54,048 nt of DNA from Verrucomicrobiia bacterium. Its GTDB lineage: Bacteria; Verrucomicrobiota; Verrucomicrobiia; Limisphaerales; UBA11358. Of the stretch, positions 27,329-35,748 are shown one piece after another. The stretch spans positions 1-54,048 of the forward strand of contig DASZCA010000366.1 of the NCBI GenBank assembly GCA_035943555.1. Direction: 5' to 3'. Position numbers and translations under genes: made by a program. Within the stretch, counting starts at the first letter, position 1. Every line of letters begins with the position of its first letter. The notes beneath the pieces are model-generated. The model had not been told where the DNA came from. It did no database searches and worked only from the letters and a program-made list of their open reading frames with translations.

Positions 27329-27334
27329 CAGAAG

Positions 27335-28885
27335 ATGTCTGACGCCATTTACGGATCCTTGTTGAGTTTTTTGCGGGGAAAAATTATTGTCGCGGGGTAC
27401 GAGGGCTGGCGGCGGGTGTTTCATCGCAAGTTGCATTCCGTAGATTTATTTGTGCGGCATTTTTTCACAGTCACATTTCTTTTGATCTTAGCCGGGTCGC
27501 CATTCCGGACGGAGGCGGCGACGACGTATCGCATCGGCGACGTGGCCGCAGCGGATGTGACGACACCGGTGGCGCTGGAGGTGCCGGATGCAGCGGCGAC
27601 GGCGGCTTTGCGGGCGGCCAAGGCAAAAGAGGTGCCGGTGGTGTTCCGGAGTTTTCCGGTGGCGACGAACGGGTTGACGGTGGAATTTCTGGCGGTCTTC
27701 ACGCGGGCACAGGCAAATTTTCTCTCGGCGATGGCGGCAAGTTTTCACTCGCAGACGGTGACGGCAGCGGTGATCGGTTCCCCGGAATTCGGGACGTTCT
27801 TCACGGCTTTCAACGAAAAAAACCCTCACTTTCCGGTGACGGTGGAATTGGCGGCGGCCTGGGCGCAGGGCGGCGATGGCGCCGAGGTGCGCGACAGACT
27901 GCTGGCGCACCTGCAGCAGGTTTCCGCAGGTTCGTTGCGACCGGATGAATTGCCCGAAGGTTTCTTGCCGGGCAAAATGGTGCGCCTGGTGCCGGTAACG
28001 ACCGTGAATCAAAAGCTGTCGCTATATGAAGTGCAGCGGGGACGGTTAGTGCCGGGATCGGAATTGATGCCAGTGGCGCAGGCACAAAAGATTTTCATCG
28101 ATGGTTTTCCGGCGACGGAACAGCCGTATGCGCGGGCGGTGGCCGTATTGTTGAAGCCAAATTGTTTTCCGGATGCGCCGTTCACGGAATTGGTAAGCGG
28201 GATCGCGGTGAGCCAATTGGTGGCGACGGAGCATATCGAGGCGGGTGAGACGATTTTACATCGCGGTGACCGGGTGGATGAAAAGGCCAAGGCGGCGCTG
28301 GATCTCATGGCCGCGATGCCGGCACCGGCGCCGGTCATCGCAAAAGCACCCCTATCGCCAACGCCATCAGTGAAAGCTGCCGTACCGAAGCCGGTGGTGA
28401 TTCCGACAGCCTCACCGGCCACGCCAACCAGCCGGGGCCATATCGGTTGGTTGATCTTAGTTTTGGCCGGCATTTCAATCGGGGCGCTTTTATTCGCAGG
28501 GTGGCAGGCGCTGGTGGGGCGAAAACAATCAGCCACCGCACCGGCTCCAGCATCGACGGCGATGACGCTCGCCCAACCGGCAGATCAGGTGGCGAACATG
28601 GCGCAGGGCTTGCGCGATGCGATCATGCAGGAACTCGCCTGGCAACGGCGGGAATTGTTGATCTCCCAACAGGCGGCGGCGGAAGAAATCTCATCGCTGG
28701 TGCGGCGGCTGGATGACTTGCAATTGCCGATGCAGGACCGGGAAAGGACTTACGAGGCCCGCATCAAGGCACTGGAAGAAGAATTGGCGGCGCGCACGGA
28801 GGAGAACCGGGAACTGCTCAAACTGAAACTGGAAAGCGTCCGGAGGCAGTTGCAGACGGAGCGGGCGGCGAATACCAATAACTGA
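27335..28885 (+). CDS. Hypothetical bitopic membrane protein: extracytoplasmic domain, Pro-rich linker, TM helix, cytoplasmic coiled coil
   Basis: The track ORF starts at 27284 inside a palindromic element. ATG 27335 has GGGAGGA upstream. Signal/TM FFTVTFLLILAGSPFRTEA. YRIGDVAAADVTTPVALEVPD resembles the start of 7TM-receptor extracellular domains. TM IGWLILVLAGISIGALLFAGW. Coiled coil EARIKALEEELAARTEENRELLKLKLESVRRQLQ. Confidence 0.7.
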   Translation: MSDAIYGSLLSFLRGKIIVAGYEGWRRVFHRKLHSVDLFVRHFFTVTFLLILAGSPFRTEAATTYRIGDVAAADVTTPVALEVPDAAATAALRAAKAKEVPVVFRSFPVATNGLTVEFLAVFTRAQANFLSAMAASFHSQTVTAAVIGSPEFGTFFTAFNEKNPHFPVTVELAAAWAQGGDGAEVRDRLLAHLQQVSAGSLRPDELPEGFLPGKMVRLVPVTTVNQKLSLYEVQRGRLVPGSELMPVAQAQKIFIDGFPATEQPYARAVAVLLKPNCFPDAPFTELVSGIAVSQLVATEHIEAGETILHRGDRVDEKAKAALDLMAAMPAPAPVIAKAPLSPTPSVKAAVPKPVVIPTASPATPTSRGHIGWLILVLAGISIGALLFAGWQALVGRKQSATAPAPASTAMTLAQPADQVANMAQGLRDAIMQELAWQRRELLISQQAAAEEISSLVRRLDDLQLPMQDRERTYEARIKALEEELAARTEENRELLKLKLESVRRQLQTERAANTNN

Positions 28886-29337
28886 CGGGCAGGAATGACG
28901 AATGGGAGGGTGAACGCGGCTTGAGGGACGTAAAAGCCTCATTTGAGGCAGGAGAACATGATTTTTTCATTTTCGAAAACCACTCAATTTCCAAGCAAAC
29001 ACGAAGTTTTTTGCCTGGTGGCGTTTTTCATCACAGCAATTATAGCCAATATCAACAAGGTGATTATGATTTTCCAGGGATTTTTTTGGTCGGACCCCCT
29101 TCCCACTCGGGTTTTTTGAAAATAAATGGCATAAATCTGCCAGTTACATTCTCCACACGAATTCAGGTTTTAAGGAGGTGTGCTATAAGGAGGGGAGCAT
29201 GACATTTACGATATACGATTTTCGATTAACGCCACAGTCGGCAGGAGGGTGTGGCCCGCCGGTGAGCGAGCGTCACTTCGCCGGCGGCCCAGGAATGGCG
29301 GGAATGCCTCCGTGGAATCGTTCGGAGAACAAGGCCG

Positions 29338-29367
29338 TTAGCCATTATTAGCCTTTATTAGCCCAAA
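29338..29367. repeat. 3 x 10-bp phased direct repeat, core TTAGCC
   Basis: TTAGCCATTA / TTAGCCTTTA / TTAGCCCAAA, starting at 29338, 29348 and 29358. Confidence 0.8.
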
Positions 29368-29512
29368 AATATTCCGAAGAAAGAATTGAGAATGAAGAAT
29401 AGCACGTTTGGTGAAGATGGAGATCGCGATTGCACGCCATGTGCGGTGGCTGATCCCGCCCGGAGCGGGACGGGCAGCCGCGCTCCGTTCTTTGCGGGTG
29501 TCGCTGGAGGGT

Positions 29513-29542
29513 CCGTTGGGCCTTGTTGGGCTTTGTTGGACC
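29513..29542. repeat. 3 x 10-bp phased direct repeat, core GTTGG
   Basis: (c)cGTTGGGcct / tGTTGGGctt / tGTTGGAcca, with cores at 29515, 29525 and 29535. Confidence 0.8.
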
Positions 29543-29630
29543 AAAAAAAATCCGAAGAAACTTACGAATGGCGATTTCTGAATTTCACACAGAGGAAGCG
29601 GAAGACACAGAGGAGTGACCAGGCGAGGCG

Positions 29631-29680
29631 ATTTCCAATGGATTCCAATCGTTTCCAATGATTTCAAACCGTTTCCAATC
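29631..29680. repeat. 5 x 10-bp phased direct repeat, core TTTCCAAT
   Basis: ATTTCCAATG / GATTCCAATC / GTTTCCAATG / ATTTCAAACC / GTTTCCAATC. Exact 10-bp register, ~330 bp upstream of the response-regulator gene at 30007. Confidence 0.85.
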
Positions 29681-30006
29681 ACTTTTTGTAAAAATTTAAA
29701 ATGCGGGCAGAGCCCGATTTGCGGGAGGCACGGAATGATGTGAGACAATTTTCCGGTCTGCTCTTTGACATGTAAAATGACGAGTGATGGGTGATGGGGC
29801 GAGAAACGGTGGCGAGTGCGCTTTCGCTTCGACGAAGCGCGCTCGCGCCGTGGTCGCATGTTGCGAATGTTTAAGGCGGTTTCGATCATCGTGGATCGAG
29901 CCGGCAGAAAATCTTTTGCCCGCTGTGGCCCGGAAAGGGGGATGACTTCCCCAAGGGGCAGTTGCCGTTTGCCCACAAGCGGGGATAGGTTGTCATTGAA
30001 AATTCC

Positions 30007-30444
30007 ATGAACCCAAACGCCACTCTTTCCGGTTCTTACGTGGAATCCTATCCACCCCAGACAGTGATGGTCGATCATCCGCGCATCCTGTGTGTGGATG
30101 ATAATGCGCTGATCCGCGATGCCATCTCGCTGGGTCTCATGAGAAAAGGCTGGGATTATAAAAGTGCGGGCAGCGGAGCGGAGGCGCTGCATTGGCTGGC
30201 GGAAAGCCTTGATCCCATTGACATCATCATCACGGACCACCAAATGCCGGAGATGAACGGTTTGGAATTCGTCAGCCGCCTGCGGGCGACCGGTTTTGCC
30301 GGCCAGATCCTGGTGTATTCAACGATGTTGACCGCCCAAGAGTGCGCGGCTTATGAAGAAATGAATGTCGGCGCGATCGTGCCCAAGGATGGCAATTTTG
30401 AACGATTGGCGAGGGCGATCGTGCGTTTGCAACATCATCACTAA
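30007..30444 (+). CDS. Stand-alone receiver-domain response regulator (CheY-like)
   Basis: 145 aa. ILCVDDN, DIIITDHQMPEMNG, VYSTM, IVPKDG. No output domain. Confidence 0.85.
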   Translation: MNPNATLSGSYVESYPPQTVMVDHPRILCVDDNALIRDAISLGLMRKGWDYKSAGSGAEALHWLAESLDPIDIIITDHQMPEMNGLEFVSRLRATGFAGQILVYSTMLTAQECAAYEEMNVGAIVPKDGNFERLARAIVRLQHHH

Positions 30445-30461
30445 GCAATCAAAGGTCTGCC

Positions 30462-30647
30462 ATGAGGCCCAAAAGATGCAACGCTTGCGAAAGACAGTGG
30501 TTCGGCAGCGGCAACGCATGCCCCGGCTGCGGTGAAGTCCGGCACAGCCGGTCCGCTGCGCGCGAACAACGCAATCCATATGTAAAAAATGTTTTGTGGG
30601 TGGCCGCCGCTTTGACCCTGCTGATCGTACTTTTAAAAATCGCCTGA
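30462..30647 (+). CDS. Possible zinc-ribbon protein with a C-terminal TM anchor
   Basis: 61 aa, 17 nt after the receiver gene. CNAC-x10-CPGC ribbon (RCNACERQWFGSGNACPGCGE), then VLWVAAALTLLIVLLKIA. Weak SD. Confidence 0.45.
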   Translation: MRPKRCNACERQWFGSGNACPGCGEVRHSRSAAREQRNPYVKNVLWVAAALTLLIVLLKIA

Positions 30648-30673
30648 GCAAGACAGGTCAAGCCAAGGAGGTG

Positions 30674-31765
30674 TCACGAGCGGAGCCAGGCGGACAATTT
30701 ATCCGCCTTGCGCGCCCATTTTTCAAATAGCCGGTATTTGCTGCTGAGGCCACGCTGAGGCGCGCGTTTGAATGACGGCAAAGAGGATTGAAAATAAATT
30801 CCGGCAGCGCGCGATTCGGCGGCTGGATCAGACGGGGTTTCGCGCTGTTCGGCGATGGCATCCGCATAAAGCTCCACGATCCGGTCCACCGTATGATGCA
30901 TGTCGGCCTCGGTGCGGATGCGCGCAGAGACGGCGGTGGCATCGGCGGCATCATATTGCGCGATCTGGCTGGCGATGAAATCGACGGTGACATCGCTGCG
31001 GCCGGTGCGGTACCCGAAATTTAACCGGCGCAACGTGTCGAAATTTTTCAAGGAAACCAACGGGCCGCAGCCCCGGCCGGTGAACGGGATGACGGCGCAG
31101 CCGACGGCCATGGATTCGAGGGCGGCGCGGCCCTTGGCAAAAATGAGATCGTAGCGAGGCAGAATCTTTTCCGGCGCGCCGACCGTGTTCGTGGCCAGAT
31201 TACCGAGGATATCGAGTTCGAGGCCGGCACCGGCACAGGCCGCGCGGATGGTTTTTTCGATATCCGGATTGCCGACGCTGTAGATGAGCGCGCGGTGCGG
31301 TTTAATGGGGAGCGGCGGGCGTGGTTGAAACCTCTTCAAATCCACAAAGTTCAGCAACGTGGTAATCTTCTCTTCGGGAATGCCCTGTTCGCAGATCATC
31401 CGTTCAAAACATGCCTGGTCAACGGCGACGTAGCGCCGGATACGCGGAAATGACGGGGCATTTTCCTGCCAAGGCAGCGCGCCGTGACAAAAATAAACCG
31501 CTGGAACGCCGGGCAGGCAAAGCAGGGCGGTCATCGTTTCCAGATGATGCTGGCCATGGATGATGTCCGGCTGGAAGGGAAGCCGCGTGAGATCATCCAC
31601 CACCGGGATGCCGGCGACGCGGATGGCTTCCGCCGCGACGCCGAGTTCCGAACTGTAGGCGACGGGCATGTGGCCGAGTGCTTGCAGGCGGCGGGCGACA
31701 TCCAAGACATACATCTCCGTGCCGCCGCGCCAGCGAAGCGTGTTATTGGTCAAAAGAATACGCAT
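30674..31765 (-). CDS. Glycosyltransferase family 4 (GT-B fold)
   Basis: 363 aa. MRILLTNNTLRWRGGTEMYVLDVARRLQALGH, IIHGQHH. C-terminal half has the E-x7-E-like region FAKGRAALESMAVGCAVI. Confidence 0.9.
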   Translation of the reverse strand: MRILLTNNTLRWRGGTEMYVLDVARRLQALGHMPVAYSSELGVAAEAIRVAGIPVVDDLTRLPFQPDIIHGQHHLETMTALLCLPGVPAVYFCHGALPWQENAPSFPRIRRYVAVDQACFERMICEQGIPEEKITTLLNFVDLKRFQPRPPLPIKPHRALIYSVGNPDIEKTIRAACAGAGLELDILGNLATNTVGAPEKILPRYDLIFAKGRAALESMAVGCAVIPFTGRGCGPLVSLKNFDTLRRLNFGYRTGRSDVTVDFIASQIAQYDAADATAVSARIRTEADMHHTVDRIVELYADAIAEQRETPSDPAAESRAAGIYFQSSLPSFKRAPQRGLSSKYRLFEKWARKADKLSAWLRS

Positions 31766-31780
31766 GTGAAAAGGAATGAT

Positions 31781-32552
31781 TTAGCGCGTGGCAAAACTCC
31801 ACATCGCTTCCGCCAGCGGCAGCATGTGTTCACTGACGCGGATGACATGCTGATAATGTCCGGCGGCTTTTTGTTTTTCGCCGTGCGTTTCGTAAAACGG
31901 CTTCGCCTGCGTGGGGCTCAAGCCAGCGTCATTCGCCACCGGCCGGAGCCATTCTTGGGCAAAGATTTCTTCACCGAACTGCTTCAAGGCGGACTCGACC
32001 TCGTGTTGCAACTCCGGATAGGTCGCGGCCGCGGCAAGTTTGCGCTTGATGGCCATCTCGTCGAGTTGCAAGTGGATGGCCTGGGCGCGCACCGGTTCTG
32101 GACATTCATCCGGCCGGCCGGTGAGCAGAAAATCGTAATTTGGCAGAGGGCGGCCGGTCCGGCGGCGAACGAGTTCACAGGCGGCCCCGGTCAGGTAGCG
32201 GCAGAGTTCATGGGACGTATTGTAACCCTCGAGCGCGTCCCCCCGCGACGAGGTCGAATTGCCCGGCGACCAGCCAATCGGCCGTCTCTTGGAGAAGTTT
32301 TACCGTGACGTCGGTGTTGCCGGTGAGCATCACCTGGTAGAGTGCGGCATCGGTGAACCGGCCATAAATGGGTCCGGGCGTGGCACCGGCGTTTTGCAAT
32401 ACTCTCGTCGTCGAGGGCAGGCGGGATTGGTTGGTGCGGCCCGAGCCGTCGGTCAAAACCAGCACCTCCGGCCGCGCGGTTTCCAGCCAGTGATATACGC
32501 GCAATTCATGACCCGGATGCGCAATGATCATGGCCGCCCTGGCTGATTTCAT
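31781..32552 (-). pseudogene. Frameshifted gene (tentatively a PIG-L/LmbE-like deacetylase fold), split into track ORFs 32208..32552 and 31781..32092
   Basis: The upstream frame reads ...QFDLVAGGRARGLQYVP*. In the -1 frame I read an open continuation, GDALEGYNTSHELCRYLTGAACELVRRRTGRPLPNYDFLLTGRPDECPEPV, which joins the 103-aa ORF. The junction is a C6 run at 32239-32244 (G6 on the coding strand). Removing one base gives ...DLVAGDALEGYNTSHE... The N-terminus IIAHPGHE loosely resembles the AHPDDE motif. Confidence 0.8.
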
Positions 32553-32669
32553 CGAAGGAAATTAGACCAAGCACCCAGTCAAACAAGCAGAAACTCCCCG
32601 ACGCGTGAGCTGCAAACGATACTTGCCTTGCCCGGCAATGCGCCTAGGATTTGGGGCAGCCGCAACATC

Positions 32670-33668
32670 ATGATCCGTTCATTTGCATTCAATACCGCAG
32701 GCAAGCTGCATACGAAGGACATCGAGCCTTTCCTCATGCCGACACTGCTGGCGGACACGAATCTTTTTCTCTGGGTCGATCTCGAACAACCCACGCAAGC
32801 GGAATGGAAAGAAGTCTTGGAGATGATTTTCCATTTCCATCCGCTTTCCATCGAGGATTGCGTCCAGCCCAGTCCGTCGCCCAAGGTTGAGGAATATTCG
32901 CCCAAGGAGGGTGATCTCTTCACCCAATATCTGTTCATGGTCATTCACGCGGTGGATTACAGCCGCAAGGACGGCTGTTTTGGCACGAGCGAACTCGATT
33001 TTTTTCTCGGCAAAAATTTTCTGGTCACCTATCACGAAAAGCCGTTGCGCAGCGTTTCCGCGGTGGAAGAGCGCGCGGTGAACGGCACGATGGGCATCGC
33101 GCGTGCGCCCGACCGCGTGGCGCATTCGCTGCTCGATAATTTGGTGGATAATTATAAGCCCGCGCTTGATGAACTGGGGCTGGAGATCGCCGATCTTGAA
33201 CAAGAGGCGTTGCAAAGCCCCACCAAGGAGACGCTCAACAAGATTTTGCAAGTCAAAAAGGAAGTGCAACACCTGCGCCGGATCATCGGGCCGCAACGCG
33301 AAGTGTTGAGCCGCTTTGCGCAAGGGGAATTCAAGCTCGTCCGGCCGCAGTTGGTGCCGTATTTCCGGGACGTGTACGATGGATTGTTCCAGATCAGCGA
33401 ACTGGCGCAAAGCTACGCGGACTCGCTCACGGGCATCTTGCAGGTCTACTTGAACATGTCTTCCAACCAGACTGGCGAAGTGGTCAAAGTGCTTACGCTG
33501 ATCACGGTAATCACGACCCCGCTGATGATGATCGGGACGTGGTACGGGATGAATTTCAAGGACATGCCGGAGCTGGATTATCAACACGCCTATCCGATCG
33601 CCGCTGGCGCGATGATTCTTTCCACGGCGGCCACGTATCTATATTTCAAGAAGCGGAAGTGGTTTTAA
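32670..33668 (+). CDS. corA: Magnesium/cobalt transporter CorA
   Basis: The track ORF starts at 32628. ATG 32670 (MIRSFAFNTAG) fits the family length. The signature YGMNF is followed by two C-terminal TM helices and KKRKWF. Confidence 0.93.
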   Translation: MIRSFAFNTAGKLHTKDIEPFLMPTLLADTNLFLWVDLEQPTQAEWKEVLEMIFHFHPLSIEDCVQPSPSPKVEEYSPKEGDLFTQYLFMVIHAVDYSRKDGCFGTSELDFFLGKNFLVTYHEKPLRSVSAVEERAVNGTMGIARAPDRVAHSLLDNLVDNYKPALDELGLEIADLEQEALQSPTKETLNKILQVKKEVQHLRRIIGPQREVLSRFAQGEFKLVRPQLVPYFRDVYDGLFQISELAQSYADSLTGILQVYLNMSSNQTGEVVKVLTLITVITTPLMMIGTWYGMNFKDMPELDYQHAYPIAAGAMILSTAATYLYFKKRKWF

Positions 33669-33724
33669 GTTTGGCGGACTGTGACGGCATCGCGGCACGG
33701 ATCTTCTTCAAGGCCGGCCATTTC

Positions 33725-35227
33725 TTATTGGTGAAACCAATTGAATTGACTCGCGAAGACCGGCAGATCAGCCGTTATTTCACACACGAGCATGAAGCCG
33801 AGCAGAACCACCAGCAGAAAAAATTTGGTCGCCATCTGAAAGTTCAACATAAGCCGTTCCAGCCCCGCCGCGAACAGCAATAAAAACGGGATCAACATCC
33901 CCAGCATCAGCCGCCCGGAGACAAAAAAGGGATGTTCGCGTGACGGATAAAAGCAGTCTTGGAAATCATATTTTACCGACAGCAGCGCAAAAAATGCCAG
34001 CATGGCAGCACCGCAGAGAAAACCAAAAGACAGCGCACGGCGTTGCGGCGTGGTGAAGCCGGAACGGGGACGCAGCAGCGCCGCCAAGGCCGTTGCCAGC
34101 ACTCCTAAAGTGAGAGCCACATAAGTAAAGCTCACCGCGGGGCTTGCCAGCGGTTGGAAATGCCACAATTGTTCGCCCTGCCAAAACGTCGCGATCGTGT
34201 TTTTCAAAAAGAACCAGAAACCATGGACCGTGAACAGCGGATGATGCAGCCATTCGCCGGGCGGCTTGTTTGTCCAGTTAAGGAATTTGATCTTCTGCGC
34301 GGTACCGGTCAGGTCGCCGAAGTTGGTTTGGCACCAAGCCATCCATGCCGCCATGGGCACGGCGGCACAAATGAACAAAGCTGCGAGCGGTGGCACGGCC
34401 GGACGTAGCCCGCCCGCCCGCCATAAATCCGCAATTTTCAGCACCAAAAAAAGACCGGCAACAGCCAGCAGCGGCAGGTTGCTGATCTTGGTCAGAAACA
34501 CGGCGGCGACCGCCAAGCCCGTTGCTGCCGCCAAGCCAAGCCCGGGCTTTTCCGTTTCATAAAATTTTAGCAGGAGCAGAAATGCCATGCCAAAGACCAG
34601 CGGACAAAGCACATCATTGTTGATCGCGTAAAACAAAGATTGGGGGAAAAAGGCGGCCAGCGCCGGCATGGCCAACTGGATAAACCGGTTGCCGGGAAAA
34701 ATTTTGATCGAGGTAACGCCCGCGAGCCAGACGACCGTCGCCACGATCAGCGCGTTTAGACAGCGTAACCATTGCAATAGCAGGCTGTCTCTCAGGCCCA
34801 TGGTCTCGCCGAGGCGCCACCAACCGCCGGCCAATATATAATAGAGCGGCGGTTGTGAGGCTTCGTGATTTACAGCCACTTCCTGCCAAAATTGCCGGCG
34901 CGGGGCCATCCATTCCTTGATCTCTTCCGGGGCCAGTTTCCAAGGCGGGCGGAACACCCCGCCCGGTTGTGATTCCGCCGTATGCAAATATTCCGGCGTG
35001 CTGAAGCAGACGATGTAAGGCAGCGCCACCTTGCTGGTGTGGGATAATGTCCGCGGTGGCCGCCCTTCCGCATAATGCGTCACCAGATCAAAGTGCGCCT
35101 GCTCATCCACCACGCTAAAAAACGGAAATGCAGCGGAGAACACGAGCACATGGGCGGCGGCCAGCAGACAGAACAACAACAAAAATTTCCGGTCCCCGGT
35201 TTTGGATTGGTTGATGTCGATATTCAA
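33725..35227 (-). CDS. Polytopic membrane protein, GT-C-type (family 39/83 or DUF2142-like) glycosyltransferase candidate
   Basis: 500 aa with more than 10 predicted TM helices. An early DEQAHF loop motif after TM1, and QPPLYYILAGGWW typical of ArnT/PMT-like enzymes. The function is tentative. Confidence 0.65.
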   Translation of the reverse strand: MNIDINQSKTGDRKFLLLFCLLAAAHVLVFSAAFPFFSVVDEQAHFDLVTHYAEGRPPRTLSHTSKVALPYIVCFSTPEYLHTAESQPGGVFRPPWKLAPEEIKEWMAPRRQFWQEVAVNHEASQPPLYYILAGGWWRLGETMGLRDSLLLQWLRCLNALIVATVVWLAGVTSIKIFPGNRFIQLAMPALAAFFPQSLFYAINNDVLCPLVFGMAFLLLLKFYETEKPGLGLAAATGLAVAAVFLTKISNLPLLAVAGLFLVLKIADLWRAGGLRPAVPPLAALFICAAVPMAAWMAWCQTNFGDLTGTAQKIKFLNWTNKPPGEWLHHPLFTVHGFWFFLKNTIATFWQGEQLWHFQPLASPAVSFTYVALTLGVLATALAALLRPRSGFTTPQRRALSFGFLCGAAMLAFFALLSVKYDFQDCFYPSREHPFFVSGRLMLGMLIPFLLLFAAGLERLMLNFQMATKFFLLVVLLGFMLVCEITADLPVFASQFNWFHQ

Positions 35228-35241
35228 AAGGTGCCGTCAAG

Positions 35242-35748
35242 TTAAACCCCGCCGTCCGGAGTTCCAAGAAATTCCCAATGCGAAAACATCGCCGCCTGCC
35301 CACAGCAAAACCCGCCTTCATCAATCAGGTTCCAAACCGTCGCTTGGGCGATACGAAAACGTCTGCCGGTTTTTGAGATGCGGATGCCGGAATAGTCGTC
35401 AATGAAACCATTGGCGGTCACCGCCGCCAGCAAGCGCGCGCGTTCCTCACGGTTGGGCGCCTCGGCTGTGAGACGCGATGGCGTGCGTGTGAGTTCATCC
35501 CAAGACATTTCCCACAGCGCCAGCGCAGTGGCGTTGCCGTAATTCAAAACAGGGTCAGTTTCCGTCCCGTGGGAAACTTGTACAAAAGGCGCGTGAAAGA
35601 GTTTTCTGGCAAACTCTTCGGGCGATCCGCCGGGAGCAAAACCCGGCAGCAGTTCGCGACCGGTCCAGTGCTTCAAACTTCGGGCGAGAGTTTGTGCGTG
35701 GGCAATCAGTGATGGATTTTTCCAAGATGGGTCCATGTTAGCATTCAC
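35242..35748 (-). CDS. MEKHLA domain protein (PAS-like)
   Basis: 168 aa from GTG 35748 (overlaps the ADH stop), or ATG 35736. NYGNATALALWEMSWDELTRTPSRLTAEAPNREERARLLAAVTANGFIDDYSGIRISKTGRRFRIAQATVWNLIDEGG matches the MEKHLA pattern. Confidence 0.8.
   Translation of the reverse strand: MNANMDPSWKNPSLIAHAQTLARSLKHWTGRELLPGFAPGGSPEEFARKLFHAPFVQVSHGTETDPVLNYGNATALALWEMSWDELTRTPSRLTAEAPNREERARLLAAVTANGFIDDYSGIRISKTGRRFRIAQATVWNLIDEGGFCCGQAAMFSHWEFLGTPDGGV

Noticed and set aside
29338-29680. A CRISPR array or plasmid-type iterons.
   Set aside because: The repeat units are only 10 bp with no spacers, there are three different cores, and no cas or rep genes are present. They are reported as phased direct repeats instead.
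29338-30243. A 301-aa minus-strand ORF spanning the repeat-rich gap and overlapping the receiver gene. Also plus-strand ORFs at 28921..29202 and 29386..29661, and a 50-aa ORF at 29199..29351 preceded by two AAGGAGG-like sites.
   Set aside because: The composition is not protein-like and no motifs are present. The ORFs run through the tandem 10-bp arrays, and the 301-aa ORF overlaps a well-supported receiver gene on the other strand. The SD-like sites keep the 50-aa ORF a remote possibility only.
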